This document shows positions 39,629 to 50,952 of a stretch of DNA of 64,000 bases, piece by piece. Source of the DNA: Veleropilina oligotropha (Eukaryota); contig JBEUKZ010000077.1 in assembly GCA_048128005.1 (NCBI GenBank), forward strand, positions 186,001 through 250,000, given 5' to 3'. The notes beneath the pieces are model-generated. The model was not told where the DNA came from and ran no database searches. It saw only the letters and a list, made by a program, of their open reading frames with translations. A program made the position numbers and the translations under genes. Every line of letters begins with the position of its first letter. The first letter of the stretch is position 1.

Positions 39629-41764
39629 TATGTCTCTCCATCCGAAGGATGGGAGAGACATATTGTTTTACACTCCATTCTCTTTCTCCTTCTTCTCTTT
39701 CTCCTCATTCTTCCTCATTTTTCTTGTCTGGACTAGATCTCAGGTCCTATACGCGCCAGCATTATTTCCTTTGGTAAATTAAACCGTCCAGGCATGCCAT
39801 TGTGCTTTTTGGCAAAATTTCACAAAAACGACTTCTAACCTTGACATAAGGACCTTTGACCCCGAAATCGTGTCCGGCCTGGTTCTCAGAGACTTCAAAT
39901 CTTATCCTTCTAATTTCTTTGTAGGTGCAGGGCGCTAAAATTTTGCACTTTTGCCCTTGGCGCTGTGACCTTGATAAACAATTTCCATATTTGGGCATTT
40001 TTATATTTTGTTTTCTTAATTTGTTTTCGCTAAATGTATTCCTCAGGGTGAGTACATTATATAACAATGTTCAATTTTGTTGTTCGGTCAAGGGTCAAGG
40101 TCACAGATGTCAAAATGTACTTTCCCTAAAACACACCTTGTCTGGGCTAGATCTCAGGCCCTATACATTCCAGCCTGATTTCCTTTTGTATGTTAAACCG
40201 CCCTATCATGCCATTGTGCTTTTTGGCAAAATTTCACGAAAACGACTTTCGACCTTTATGTAATGACCTTTGACCCACAAAATCGTGTCCGGCCTGGTTC
40301 TTGGAGACGTCAAATCTTATAATAATAATAATAATACTCCGGTCTTATATAGCGCATTATTACGCTAGTGTCTCAATGCGCTGAACATTATTAACCCTGG
40401 TTATGGGCCTGTTCCACTGGATGTACCATCTCAACTCCCTCTGGGAGCATTACAGTCATTTACACGCGGGTAGCGCCGTGACTTACATAACTGCCAACCA
40501 GGTACCCATTCAGATCGGCTGGGTGGACCGAGGCAAATATATGCTTATTTCCTTGCCCAAGTGAAATCGTCGAGCTTTGGGGGCGAACTCGAGATTCTGT
40601 GACCAGAGTCCTGTGAACAACCCACTGAGCCACGACGGCATATAATTTCTTTGTAGATGCATGGCCCACACTTCAAGCATCTGCAGGGCACAAAAATTTT
40701 GTGCTTTTGACCTTGATAAACAATTTCCATATTTGGGCATTTTTATATTTTGTTTTCGTAATTTTTTTTCACCAAATTTATTTCTGAGGGTGAGTACATT
40801 ATATAACAATGTTCAATTTTGTTGTTCGGTCAAAGGTCAAGGTCACAGAGGTCAAAATGTACTTTCTCTAACACACACCTTATCCGGGCTACATCTCAGG
40901 TCCTCTACAGGTCAGCATGATTTCCTTTGGTATGTTAGACTGCCCTATCTTGCCATTGTGCTTTTCGGCAAAATTTTGCGGACACTGCCTTCGACCTTGA
41001 CCTGATGAATTTTGACCTCGAAATCGTGTCCAGCCTGGTTGCCGCTGATGTCAAATCTTATCCTTCTAATTTCTTTGAAGATGCATGGCCCACACTTGAA
41101 GCATGTGCAGGGTGCTAAAATTTTGACCTTTGCACTGTGACCTTCATAAAAAATTCCATATTTGGGCGTTTTCATATTTTATTGTTTTCTTAATGATTTT
41201 TCCCCTGTGAGTGAGTACATTAAATAGCAATGTTCAGTTTTGTTGTTTGGTCAAGGTCACAGAGGTCAAAATCTACTTTCCTGATTCCATATTTGGGCAT
41301 TTCCATATTTTGTTTCCTTAATTATTTTTCGACATATTCCTCAACGAGGGCGAGTACATTATATAACAATGTTCAATTTTGTTGTTCGGTCAAAGGTCGT
41401 CACAGAGGTCAAAATGTACTTTCCTGATACACTCGTTGTCCGGGCTAGATCTCGGGTCCTATACATGCCAGCATGATTTCCTGTGATATGCTATCTTCCC
41501 TTAACATGCCATTGTGCAAGGAGGCATTATTTTCCAAAAATGACCTTTGACCTACTAAAATTCTTGTCATCTTTATAGGTTCCCATGCCTTGAAGTGTAG
41601 GGTGTAAATATTCAGGACATTTGCATAAATCCATCCATTTCGTCCAATATATTTACACTCTTCCAGTTCGTGACTTTCCAAACTTAATGAGTGTCTCAAT
41701 ATGGAGTGATTTCTCTTACAAGGGGAGACATATGTTTTTGTTCACACAAAAACAACTCCTCTAA
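39629..41764 (+). mobile_element. Helentron-associated (HINE-like) element with internal tandem duplications
   Basis: 5' hairpin atgtctctccatcc-gaa-ggatgggagagacat; 3' sub-TIR ggggagacata plus hairpin tgtttttgt-tcac-acaaaaaca; internal ~400-bp aggtca/tgacct-rich repeats. Confidence 0.75.
40321..40640 (-). mobile_element. tRNA-derived SINE with Deu/Nin-like central domain and L2-type tail
   Basis: Head gtggctcagtgg...gagttcg; core gcctcggtccacccagccgatctgaatgggtacctg; tail agcgcattgag...atgcgctatataa (TAT)n. Confidence 0.75.
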
Positions 41765-42830
41765 TTTTATTTCATTTCAATAGGCCTAAGAAGATGAAAT
41801 TTATTTGATTTCAATTGAAGGCTACTTTAAAGATGCTGATTCCGCTTCATTACGTAATTTATCACCTACTCATTTGATGATTTGCAAGTTAAAATGCAAG
41901 ATAATCGCTTCAGGCATAGACAATATTAGGGTGAATGGTTGTATTAGAAGCCACTGAAGATAACAGGAAGGTCCTCCTCAAAGTGAATTCGCATCGTGAA
42001 GATTTGCACCAACGCCGATTTTTTAATGTTACAATATCATATTTTTATAAAAATATATGTATCGAATAATTTAAAAACAGTACACCGTGAATAAAAAGCG
42101 TACGCTCTTAATTCAATATCGACGTTTTAAACACATTTATGCACAGTGAAATATTAGATTCATGTTGCTCGTTCAACTTTAATATTTAGCTAACATTAGG
42201 TTGCATTAGCTAACCTTCGCTAGAAGTGAACTCACCCTGGCACGCACGCAGTGAACCCAGGTTGAAAAAAATGTAAAATCTCAAGTTATATATTTTTGTC
42301 CTTTCGGCACACTCGTCAGTTTCACACCAAGATGGCAAAGACCCGTCTCTCGGTGATGGAGAAAACCCGGCTTAAAGAAACAATATATCTTATATTTTAT
42401 TTCTGGATATGATAATCTCTAATGTTATGCAAATAATACAAACATCAAGAGTTAGTGCAGCTGTTCATAGAACTAGCCGATCCCAGGAGAAATGGTGGAC
42501 AATGTGACTTTGATTTGCATTTCAATATATATTATACTTCTAGTATTCTGTATATATTTATATTGCAATTTTCACACAAGAAAATGTGATGTGATGGTAG
42601 CTTTTATGATCTTGTGCAAACAAAGTTCGCAACACATGAAAATATGACTTTGATTGCATTACCAAAACAAATAAGCTTTAATAAAAGTCTTATCGTATCA
42701 GAGTTCATATTACTCATTTGTCTGGTTTGGTGGTCGAAAGCCAGAGGATCGTCTCATAATATTATGCACCTTGGATTATTCTGCAATGTTATCACATGTT
42801 GAAAAGCGCATTATGGAACTAATTTAATAT

Positions 42831-43030
42831 GGCCGCTCTGATAGTCATGCGGTATCGTGGTGAATCTGAAATCATTGGCTAGATTGTGCCAACAGGGGCG
42901 AGTTTGAATCTCGGTTGGGGAAATGGTCTGAGAGGTCGGGTTTTCCCGGGCGACAGGCGTTCCTCCCGGGATAATATCATATGGACATGTTCTGCCTTGA
43001 ACCCGATGGTTGTAAATATTCAGGACATCG
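42831..43030 (+). mobile_element. tRNA-derived SINE, degenerate
   Basis: Similar to the 13290-13486 element; B-box-like gagtttgaatctcgg. Confidence 0.55.
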
Positions 43031-43356
43031 ATCGATCCAACTAATTTATTGAAAATGTGTCTTTATATTCTTAAGTTTGATTTTACCATTGTAATTGTTA
43101 ATATATGTGCTTAAAACATATCTGTGACGTCGTCTATTGTTCTGGGCTGCCTATTCAATTGAAGAACAAAGTTTTCTTGGTTTAGCAGTGCATTATTTTC
43201 AGAGCATTCAACTAATCCACTCCAATTAAGGACTCTCATTCAACTAATCCATCCAATTAAAGATGCTATTCAACTATTTCACTCCAATTAACATCAATAG
43301 AGGCACCTGGTGGGGAATGGGGCTATTGTTCAATAGTGAAATGTTTTAAGTTACAT

Positions 43357-43461
43357 AAACTACTCTGTAGCATTGAATAGTTCAGAGAATAAACTCCTGT
43401 CGAGGGCCGTGACATCGACAGAAGTGTATCCTCAGAACTATTCAACGCTATAGATTAGTTT
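43357..43461. repeat. Imperfect ~100-bp palindrome
   Basis: aaactactctgtagcattgaatagttcagag...ctcagaactattcaacgctatagattagttt. Confidence 0.8.
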
Positions 43462-44099
43462 ATCCCATACATAGATCCTGGACTTTTACCTAAAGAGTTT
43501 TAATTTGAAATCGAATCGCTACAAGGACTTGTAAATCAAGATATTTATGTGATATCAATTTGAACAGCCAAATTCCTCTTACAAATCAACCCCCCTGACA
43601 ATAGGGTAAGACTGCGTCATAATTGGACTTAACAAGAAGACAAGTTCAATCATATTTTGCTTGATATTGGTTCATAACTTTCCAATGCCTGTGATCAACA
43701 GCCGCTGTCGTGAGTTGAAGCGAGACTTAAATGTCCCATTTGTAACAACCTTCAGGTTCACGCCAAGATATGTCCATGAGCAAAATGGCTGCTTCGACAG
43801 CTGTGTGGTATCGATTGTGAACTCCGAAAAATCACTGACTTTATTCTGCTGACGCGAACACATTTGTTCAAGGTATGAATCACAGTTGTCCATAACTGGT
43901 CGGAGAGGGCGGGTTTCCACGGGAGATAATATGGACATGTTCTGCTTTAAACCAAATGATGTTTGGAAATATACAGGATTAAGCATCGATCCTTTCCTTT
44001 CATTCCCTTTCCATGAGCAAAAATCCACTATGAATCGTGACCAGGGATTACGTGATCACGACTGCTAGCTGAGCAGTCGAAATGTCTACCGTATTATTA

Positions 44100-44492
44100 G
44101 TTACACGGTGCTTTAGTGACGTAATATGGTATATACAGGGTGAGTAGAATTCATATCAGGCGAGAGCGAAGCTCGAGCCTGATATGAATTCTACTCACCC
44201 TGTATATACCATATTACGTCACTAAAGCACCGTGTAACGAATATATCTTACCGACAACCTTGCTTTACACTTTAACCTGTCTAAACCGGTCACATTCCTG
44301 TGGTGTCGTCTGCGCGAACCGTTTTTTGGCCGCCATATTGTTTATCGATTTGTAAGCTACAGACACTGACAGGGGCGATAACTCTATACCGACCCCATAT
44401 GGAGGTGAACTGACTGCATATGGTTTATACACCGTCGACACGTGATGGGTCTAACCCAATCGCTATCGTGGAAACTTGTTGGAGGTAAGATA
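44100..44492 (+). mobile_element. Hairpin + IR module 1 (putative non-autonomous Crypton-like element)
   Basis: Perfect 62-bp arms 44100-44161 / 44177-44238 with tip GA-gagc-GAA-gctc-GA; body bounded by tatcttacc...ggtaagata. Confidence 0.6.
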
Positions 44493-44523
44493 TATCAAAA
44501 TACATTCCAAGTATTAGGTAAAC

Positions 44524-44892
44524 AAGTATAGGTTAGATGGCGGATTGGAGAGTCTTAGCAAAATAGGAGTCGAGCCCATAGGGCGAGACTACTTTTTGAT
44601 AAGAGTCTACAAGCTGCCGTCTAACCGACTTAGAAGCTAATTTCATTTCTCCACACAAATTATTTATAATTATCTAATTTGTTAAACTATTTATGTTATC
44701 GAAACACATATTTATTACAAAATAATTAGCTTTTTTACCAATATATCAAGAAGATCCATATTAACATTACAACCTGTCACCCCTATTCTTAATAATGGGT
44801 AAGGCATCGCAAACAATAGACCTGCAAAGTGCCGTCTTCAGCAATAATTGACGAGAAATACTGCTCTCTCATTGGCCGAGAAATGAAATTGG
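44524..44892 (+). mobile_element. Hairpin + IR module 2
   Basis: Imperfect palindrome 44524-44631 with tip agtc-GA-gccc-ata-gggc-GA-gact; body bounded by aatttcatttctc...gagaaatgaaatt. Confidence 0.55.
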
Positions 44893-44899
44893 CTTCTAA

Positions 44900-45253
44900 T
44901 TATACTTACACAACGGCTCTTTTGTTTTGAAGAGGTTGGTATTCAGCGTGAACACCTTGTTTTCAATGAGGATTCAAAAGTAGGGTGGTATAGCCATACC
45001 AACCTACTTTTCACTCTATGCCGACCTGCGTCCGTGCAAGACGGCTAAAGCTGATCACAAGCTAAATTGACAACAAAGGAGCTCTAATTGGCCGTTGTGT
45101 AAGTCTGTTACAAACCTCGTTAGTCGGTATTCATCTATTTGAAAGACCTGCTTCCGTGCTGTAACACCTCGACCGCTCCGCGGTCTCGGTGTCACGATCC
45201 GCACGGGCGCAAGTCTTTCAAATCGATGAATACCTCCAACTCGGTTAGTAACC
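44900..45253 (-). mobile_element. Hairpin + IR module 3 (inverted orientation)
   Basis: Body bounded by acttacacaacggc...gccgttgtgtaagt; palindrome 45106-45252 with minus-strand tip acc-GA-gaccgc-GGA-gcggtc-GA-ggt. Confidence 0.55.
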
Positions 45254-45438
45254 TATACATCTTGGCCATATTATCGTGAGAGTGAGGCCTGGTCGCTTGG
45301 GAAAACATGCTCTCAACGGCCAGTAATGAACAAGTTAACTAATCAAAGAGTGTCCTGTCACTGATGTTAACCCACATCTGTGGGGCAGAGCATTCAAGCG
45401 AGTAAACTGCGCTCATCCACTCGGCAACCATCATTATT

Positions 45439-47380
45439 TACGACGTATGGCAGCAGTAGCTAGTATGGTCAGTATTCACGATGCATGGCAGCAGTAGCTC
45501 GTGTGGTCAGTATTCACGATGCATTGCAGCAGTAGCTAGTATGGTCAGTATTCACGATGCATGGCAGCAGTAGCTAGTATGGTCAGTATTCATGATGCAT
45601 GGCAGCAGTAGCTCGTGTGGTCAGTATTCACGATGCATGGCAGCAGTAGCTCGTGTGGTCAGTATTCACGACGCATGGCAGCAGTAGCTAGTATGGTCAG
45701 TATTCACGACGTATGGCAGCAGTAGCTAGTATGGTCAGTATTCATTATGCATGGCAGCAGTAGCTAGTATGGTCAGTATTCACAATGCATGGCAGCAGTA
45801 GCTCATGTGGTCAGTATTCACGATGCATTGCAGCAGTAGCTCGTGTGGTCAGTATTCACGATGCATGGCAGCAGTAGCTCGTGTGGTCAGTATTCACGAT
45901 GCATGGCAGCAGTAGCTAGTATGGTCAGTATTCACGATGCATGGCAGCAGGAGCTAGTATGGTCAGTATTCACGATGCATGGCAGCAGTAGCTAGTGTGG
46001 TCAGTATTCACGATGCATGGCAGCAGTAGCTAGTATGGTCAGTATTCACGATGCATGGCAGCAGGAGCTAGTATGGTCAGTATTCACGATGCATGGCAGC
46101 AGTAGCTAGTGTGGTCAGTATTCACGATGCATGGCAGCAGTAGCTAATGTGGTCAGTATTCATGATGCATGGCAGCAGTAGCTCGTGTGGTCAGTATTCA
46201 CGATGCATGGCAGCAGTAGCTAGTATGGTCAGTATTCACGATGCATGGCAGCAGTAGCTAGTATGGTCAGTATTCACGACGCATGGCAGCAGGAGCTAGT
46301 ATGGTCAGTATTCACGATGCATGGCAGCAGTAGCTCGTGTGGTCAGTATTCACGATGCATGGCAGCAGTAGCTAATGTGGTCAGTATTCACGATGCATGG
46401 CAGCAGGAGCTAGTATGGTCAGTATTCACGATGCATGGCAGCAGTAGCTCGTGTGGTCAGTATTCACGATGCATGGCAGCAGTAGCTAATGTGGTCAGTA
46501 TTCACGATGCATGGCAGCAGGAGCTAGTATGGTCAGTATTCACGATGCATGGCAGCAGTAGCTCGTGTGGTCAGTATTCACGATGCATGGCAGCAGTAGC
46601 TAATGTGGTCAGTATTCACGATGCATGGCAGCAGGAGCTAGTATGGTCAGTATTCACGATGCATGGCAGCAGTAGCTAGTATAGTCAGTATTCACGATGC
46701 ATGGCAGCAGTAGCTCGTGTGGTCAGTATTCACGATGCATGGCAGCAGTAGCTAGTATAGTCAGTATTCACGATGCATTGCAGCAGTAGCTAGTATGGTC
46801 AGTATTCACGATGCATGGCAGCAGTAGCTAGTATGGTCAGTATTCACGATGCATTGCAGCAGTAGCTAGTATGGTCAGTATTCACGATGCATGGCAGCAG
46901 TAGCTAGTATGGTCAGTATTCATGATGCATGGCAGCAGTAGCTCGTGTGGTCAGTATTCATGATGCATGGCAGCAGTAGCTAGTATAGTCAGTATTCACG
47001 ATGCATTGCAGCAGTAGCTAGTATGGTCAGTATTCACGATGCATGGCAGCAGTAGCTAGTATGGTCAGTATTCACGATGCATTGCAGCAGTAGCTAGTAT
47101 GGTCAGTATTCACGATGCATGGCAGCAGTAGCTAGTATGGTCAGTATTCACGATGCATTGCAGCAGTAGCTAGTATGGTCAGTATTCACGATGCATGGCA
47201 GCAGTAGCTAGTATGGTCAGTATTCATGATGCATGGCAGCAGTAGCTCGTGTGGTCAGTATTCACGATGCATGGCAGCAGGAGCTAGTATGGTCAGTATT
47301 CACGATGCATGGCAGCAGTAGCTAGTGTGGTCAGTATTCACGACGTATGGCAGCAGTAGCTAGTGTGGTCAGTATTCACG
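45439..47380. repeat. 38-bp minisatellite, ~51 copies
   Basis: Unit gcatggcagcagtagctagtatggtcagtattcacgat with variants. Confidence 0.99.
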
Positions 47381-49059
47381 AGATGAATGCACGCATCATA
47401 CTTTGATGATGCTCATTTTATATAGCGTGTAATATTATCATCAAATACACAGAATTGGAAACTATTTAGTTTTATTTAATATAGTTTAATACTTGCACCA
47501 CCCAATATTAATAATAAAACTTGGTATCCAATCCTCAGAAAATAGTTCACTATTGATAACAATTTGAGTTTCTTAGCATTTGTGAAGCATTGCAAAGAGC
47601 AAAATGGATTTCATTATCAAACAAGAAGTTACAATGTGAACGCAGTAACAGCCAGGTTACTTTCATTTATAACCTAGTCTTAGTGTAATGGTCAAGTGCG
47701 TGTATGCGTTTGTCTGCAGTAGTCATTCTCATTTCAAAATTGCAATAAACTAGTATGTAGTGATGTGACAAGGTATTGCAATCAGGTCGGTTTGACTGTC
47801 TGTTCCTCCGTCTGTCTGTCCGAGAGCATATAATATATATCAACAACCATTGATCCAATTTACTCAATCTTTTGACACAAGATAAGAGACCACACTAGGC
47901 TCGGTCCTCCTTAAAGATGACCAGAGTCTGAAAGCGGATCCGGATATTATAATGCATGCCAATTTCCGGATTGCGGATTTTTGGCTCTCAAGCTAGAACG
48001 CTTTGCCACAAATTATTTGCAGAGATTTGTAGCTTTCACCATTCCTTGTTTTTAACATTATTAACAAAATCTGCTGATATTCCCTGGAGGGAATTCGAAT
48101 AAACACATGTTTGATTGGTCGGTAATGCACGCTACATAATCATAGACTGTGATGCATAATTATGTTGTAATTATGAATGACTGACTGGTCAGTGATGTAC
48201 GTGTTATAATACCCATAATATTATATACATCCTCAACAAAACAAATACCAGTAACTTCATATTAACTATAAACATGCATCTTGTTCAGCAAAGAATTTTG
48301 TAAATGATATTTCAACATCTGGTAGAATTATAATAACCCTTTAAAATAAACAAAGCACATAAAAAATGTAAATATATATCTATCATTATATACAATAACG
48401 GATCAAGTACAGTGCCCTCCAACCAGGAATTCACCACTGTTACCATAATCAAATTGTAAACAACAGAGATTCATGTGAAATCGCGACACGATTCATTTGT
48501 GACTCTAGTATGTCAGATCTTACAGGGATGTATCTTGTCATAATGGAATTTTTCAAGTTATATCCCATATTACGATCACATTAAAATTGAGTGTGGTAGA
48601 GCATATGTGACGTCATCATTCATATAACACTAAAATTATTGACTATTGATTCGGTGAACCCGATTTTAGTTTTACCGGTATTAACAAGAAATATGTTGTT
48701 AACAAAAATTTTCTTCCAAAATTGTGCAACACAGAAATACATATTCATGACATGACAGTTCCCAGCATGTATATCAACAGTATTAGAGTGGTTAATATTA
48801 AAGCAATCATGGTCCCATCAATCATTAATGCAAAAAGCAAAATATAAACTGTCAGTCATGTGTTCAAGCTCACACCACAAAATAAATATCCATATATTAT
48901 AAACATCTACTCATTGATATTACAATATTATCCATATAACATATCCCCATTTCAATATAACATATCCCCATTTCAATATAACATATCCCCATTTCCAACC
49001 ATAATAAAATATACACTGTGTCTTGACAATTCCGTGCTGCGGTGACCTTGTGCTGTTCT

Positions 49060-49172
49060 CTAATTGTCGGGAGGAGGTGTGGACTCCCTCGCCGTTATGA
49101 AGTTCAGGAGGTCAATGCCAGTCACGATCCCGAATATCAGCTGCTTGGTGTTCATCCGATTATCACCTGTAT
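49060..49172 (-). CDS. CBS: Cystathionine beta-synthase, last coding exon
   Basis: Acceptor gcttttcag|; (Y)TGDNRMNTKQLIFGIVTGIDLLNFITARESTPPPDN*, matching the CBS C-terminus (human ...QMVFGVVTAIDLLNFV). Confidence 0.9.
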
Positions 49173-49605
49173 CTGAAAAGCATGAACGGTTCAGTCAGAA
49201 GGTAAAATAATCTCTACATGAGCAAATCCTCGACCCAGCAAGTCAAGGGTGTGTATCCCCCCCTCACACGGCAGCGAAAATCGCTAGGCGGCGTGCCCTC
49301 ATCATAACTAACATGTAGACCAAATTTGAATCAATTCGGATTAGAACTTTTCACGGTAGAGCGCACACAAGAAATCTCTGTGGCGGACGCAGCTGAACGA
49401 TGACTAAGCCATACTATTCCCGACTATTGATAGTCCGGGGATACAATGAAGTGTGCAATGGGGACAGCTTACACGAGACAAATAACCTGACATAACCAGT
49501 TGTCAAACCCATTTTTCAGGTTTTATTGTCTGGCGTCATAACTTACTCAGCTTGGTGAAGCGTGATTTACTCGTGATGCATTCGAGTCTGAATACCTACG
49601 AGGAT

Positions 49606-50099
49606 GCTATTCACATTGTCTCAGAGTACGAAAACTTAGAGCATGTTACTCACATTGCTGAGCATGAAAACATACAGCATGTTACTCACATTGCTGAGCA
49701 TGAAAACTTAGAGCATGTTACTCACATGGCCGAGTATGAAAACATAAGAGCATGTTACTCACATGGCCGAGTATGAAAACATAAGAGCATGTTACTCACA
49801 TTGCCGAGTATGAAAACATAAGAGCATGTTACTCACATGGCCGAGTATGAAAACATAAGAGCATGTTACTAACATGGCCGAGTATGAAAACATAGAGCAT
49901 GTTACTCACATTGCTGAGTATGAAAACATAAGAGCATGTTACTCACATTGCTGAGCATGAAAACATAAGAGCATGTTACTCGCATTGCTGAGTATGAAAA
50001 CATAAGAGCATATTACTCACATTGCTGAGCATGAAAACATAAGAGCATGTTACTCACATTGCTGAGTATGAACACGTGAGACCATATTACTCACATTGC
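49606..50099. repeat. 36-37-bp minisatellite containing the CBS 5' splice site, ~13 copies
   Basis: Unit tactcacattgctgagtatgaaaacataagagcatgt; the minus strand contains CAAT|GTGAGTAA. Confidence 0.95.
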
Positions 50100-50179
50100 C
50101 TCTGATCGTGCAGGATGAGCATGTAGTGGTTGGTCTCCAGACCACGCGAGAGCTGACCCAGAGACGTGCTGGTGGGGAT
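50095..50179 (-). CDS. CBS: Cystathionine beta-synthase, penultimate coding exon (85 nt)
   Basis: cattccag|IPTSTSLGQLSRGLETNHYMLILHDQRQ-T|gtgagt; resembles human [29 protein letters not shown]; phase 1 joins the last exon in frame. Confidence 0.9.
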
Positions 50180-50952
50180 CTGGAATGACATAAAATCTCC
50201 ATCAAACTGTGGAAGTAGTCTTCCGGACAAAGTTCTCAAATTGACTTTCTACATTTAACCTCGCCTTAATTAAGATATCTATGCAAGAAATTGAATATTG
50301 TTAACCGACGTTCCATAAACATAAAAATATACACAATACATGAATTTTCCTTGAATCTACAAAACATCATGCTAATCAAATGACTATATTTGGTCAAATT
50401 GCATGCATACTGTTATTCAAATGACTGTATTTGGTCACATTGCATGCATACTGTTATTCAAATGACATGAATCAATTTTATCAATCAATGATAATAAGAT
50501 CACCCCTGATCATGGATGCTGGGGAGATGTGATGTTAATCATTTTAGTTTTACCAAATATTTGACAATTTTTAAGTCGCGTCTGCTGTCTGAACCACACA
50601 TAGGATCTCCTTTTGAAAGAATGGTAACGTTTTTAACCATCCCCTCTATTGGTTTTAAGCTGAGCTTGCTTCAGACCCTCTACCAGTTGAGCTATCAAGG
50701 GCAGTAAGTATGTTGGGGATAACATAGGTATATGGCGATGGAGAATGGTTCAGTGAGATTATCAAAGAGGACCCTTCTTTTACAATCTATCTCAGACTTG
50801 ACAACCCATCCATAAAAAATAGACAGCCGCAGAGCTGTCGGGAACCTCAGCCTTATATATAGCAATCGGACTGCCATATAAAATCTGTGATCTTGACTTT
50901 GCCAGTAAGTGGTTAAATACATCATGTAAAAGTTTGGATGAAAAAATAATTA

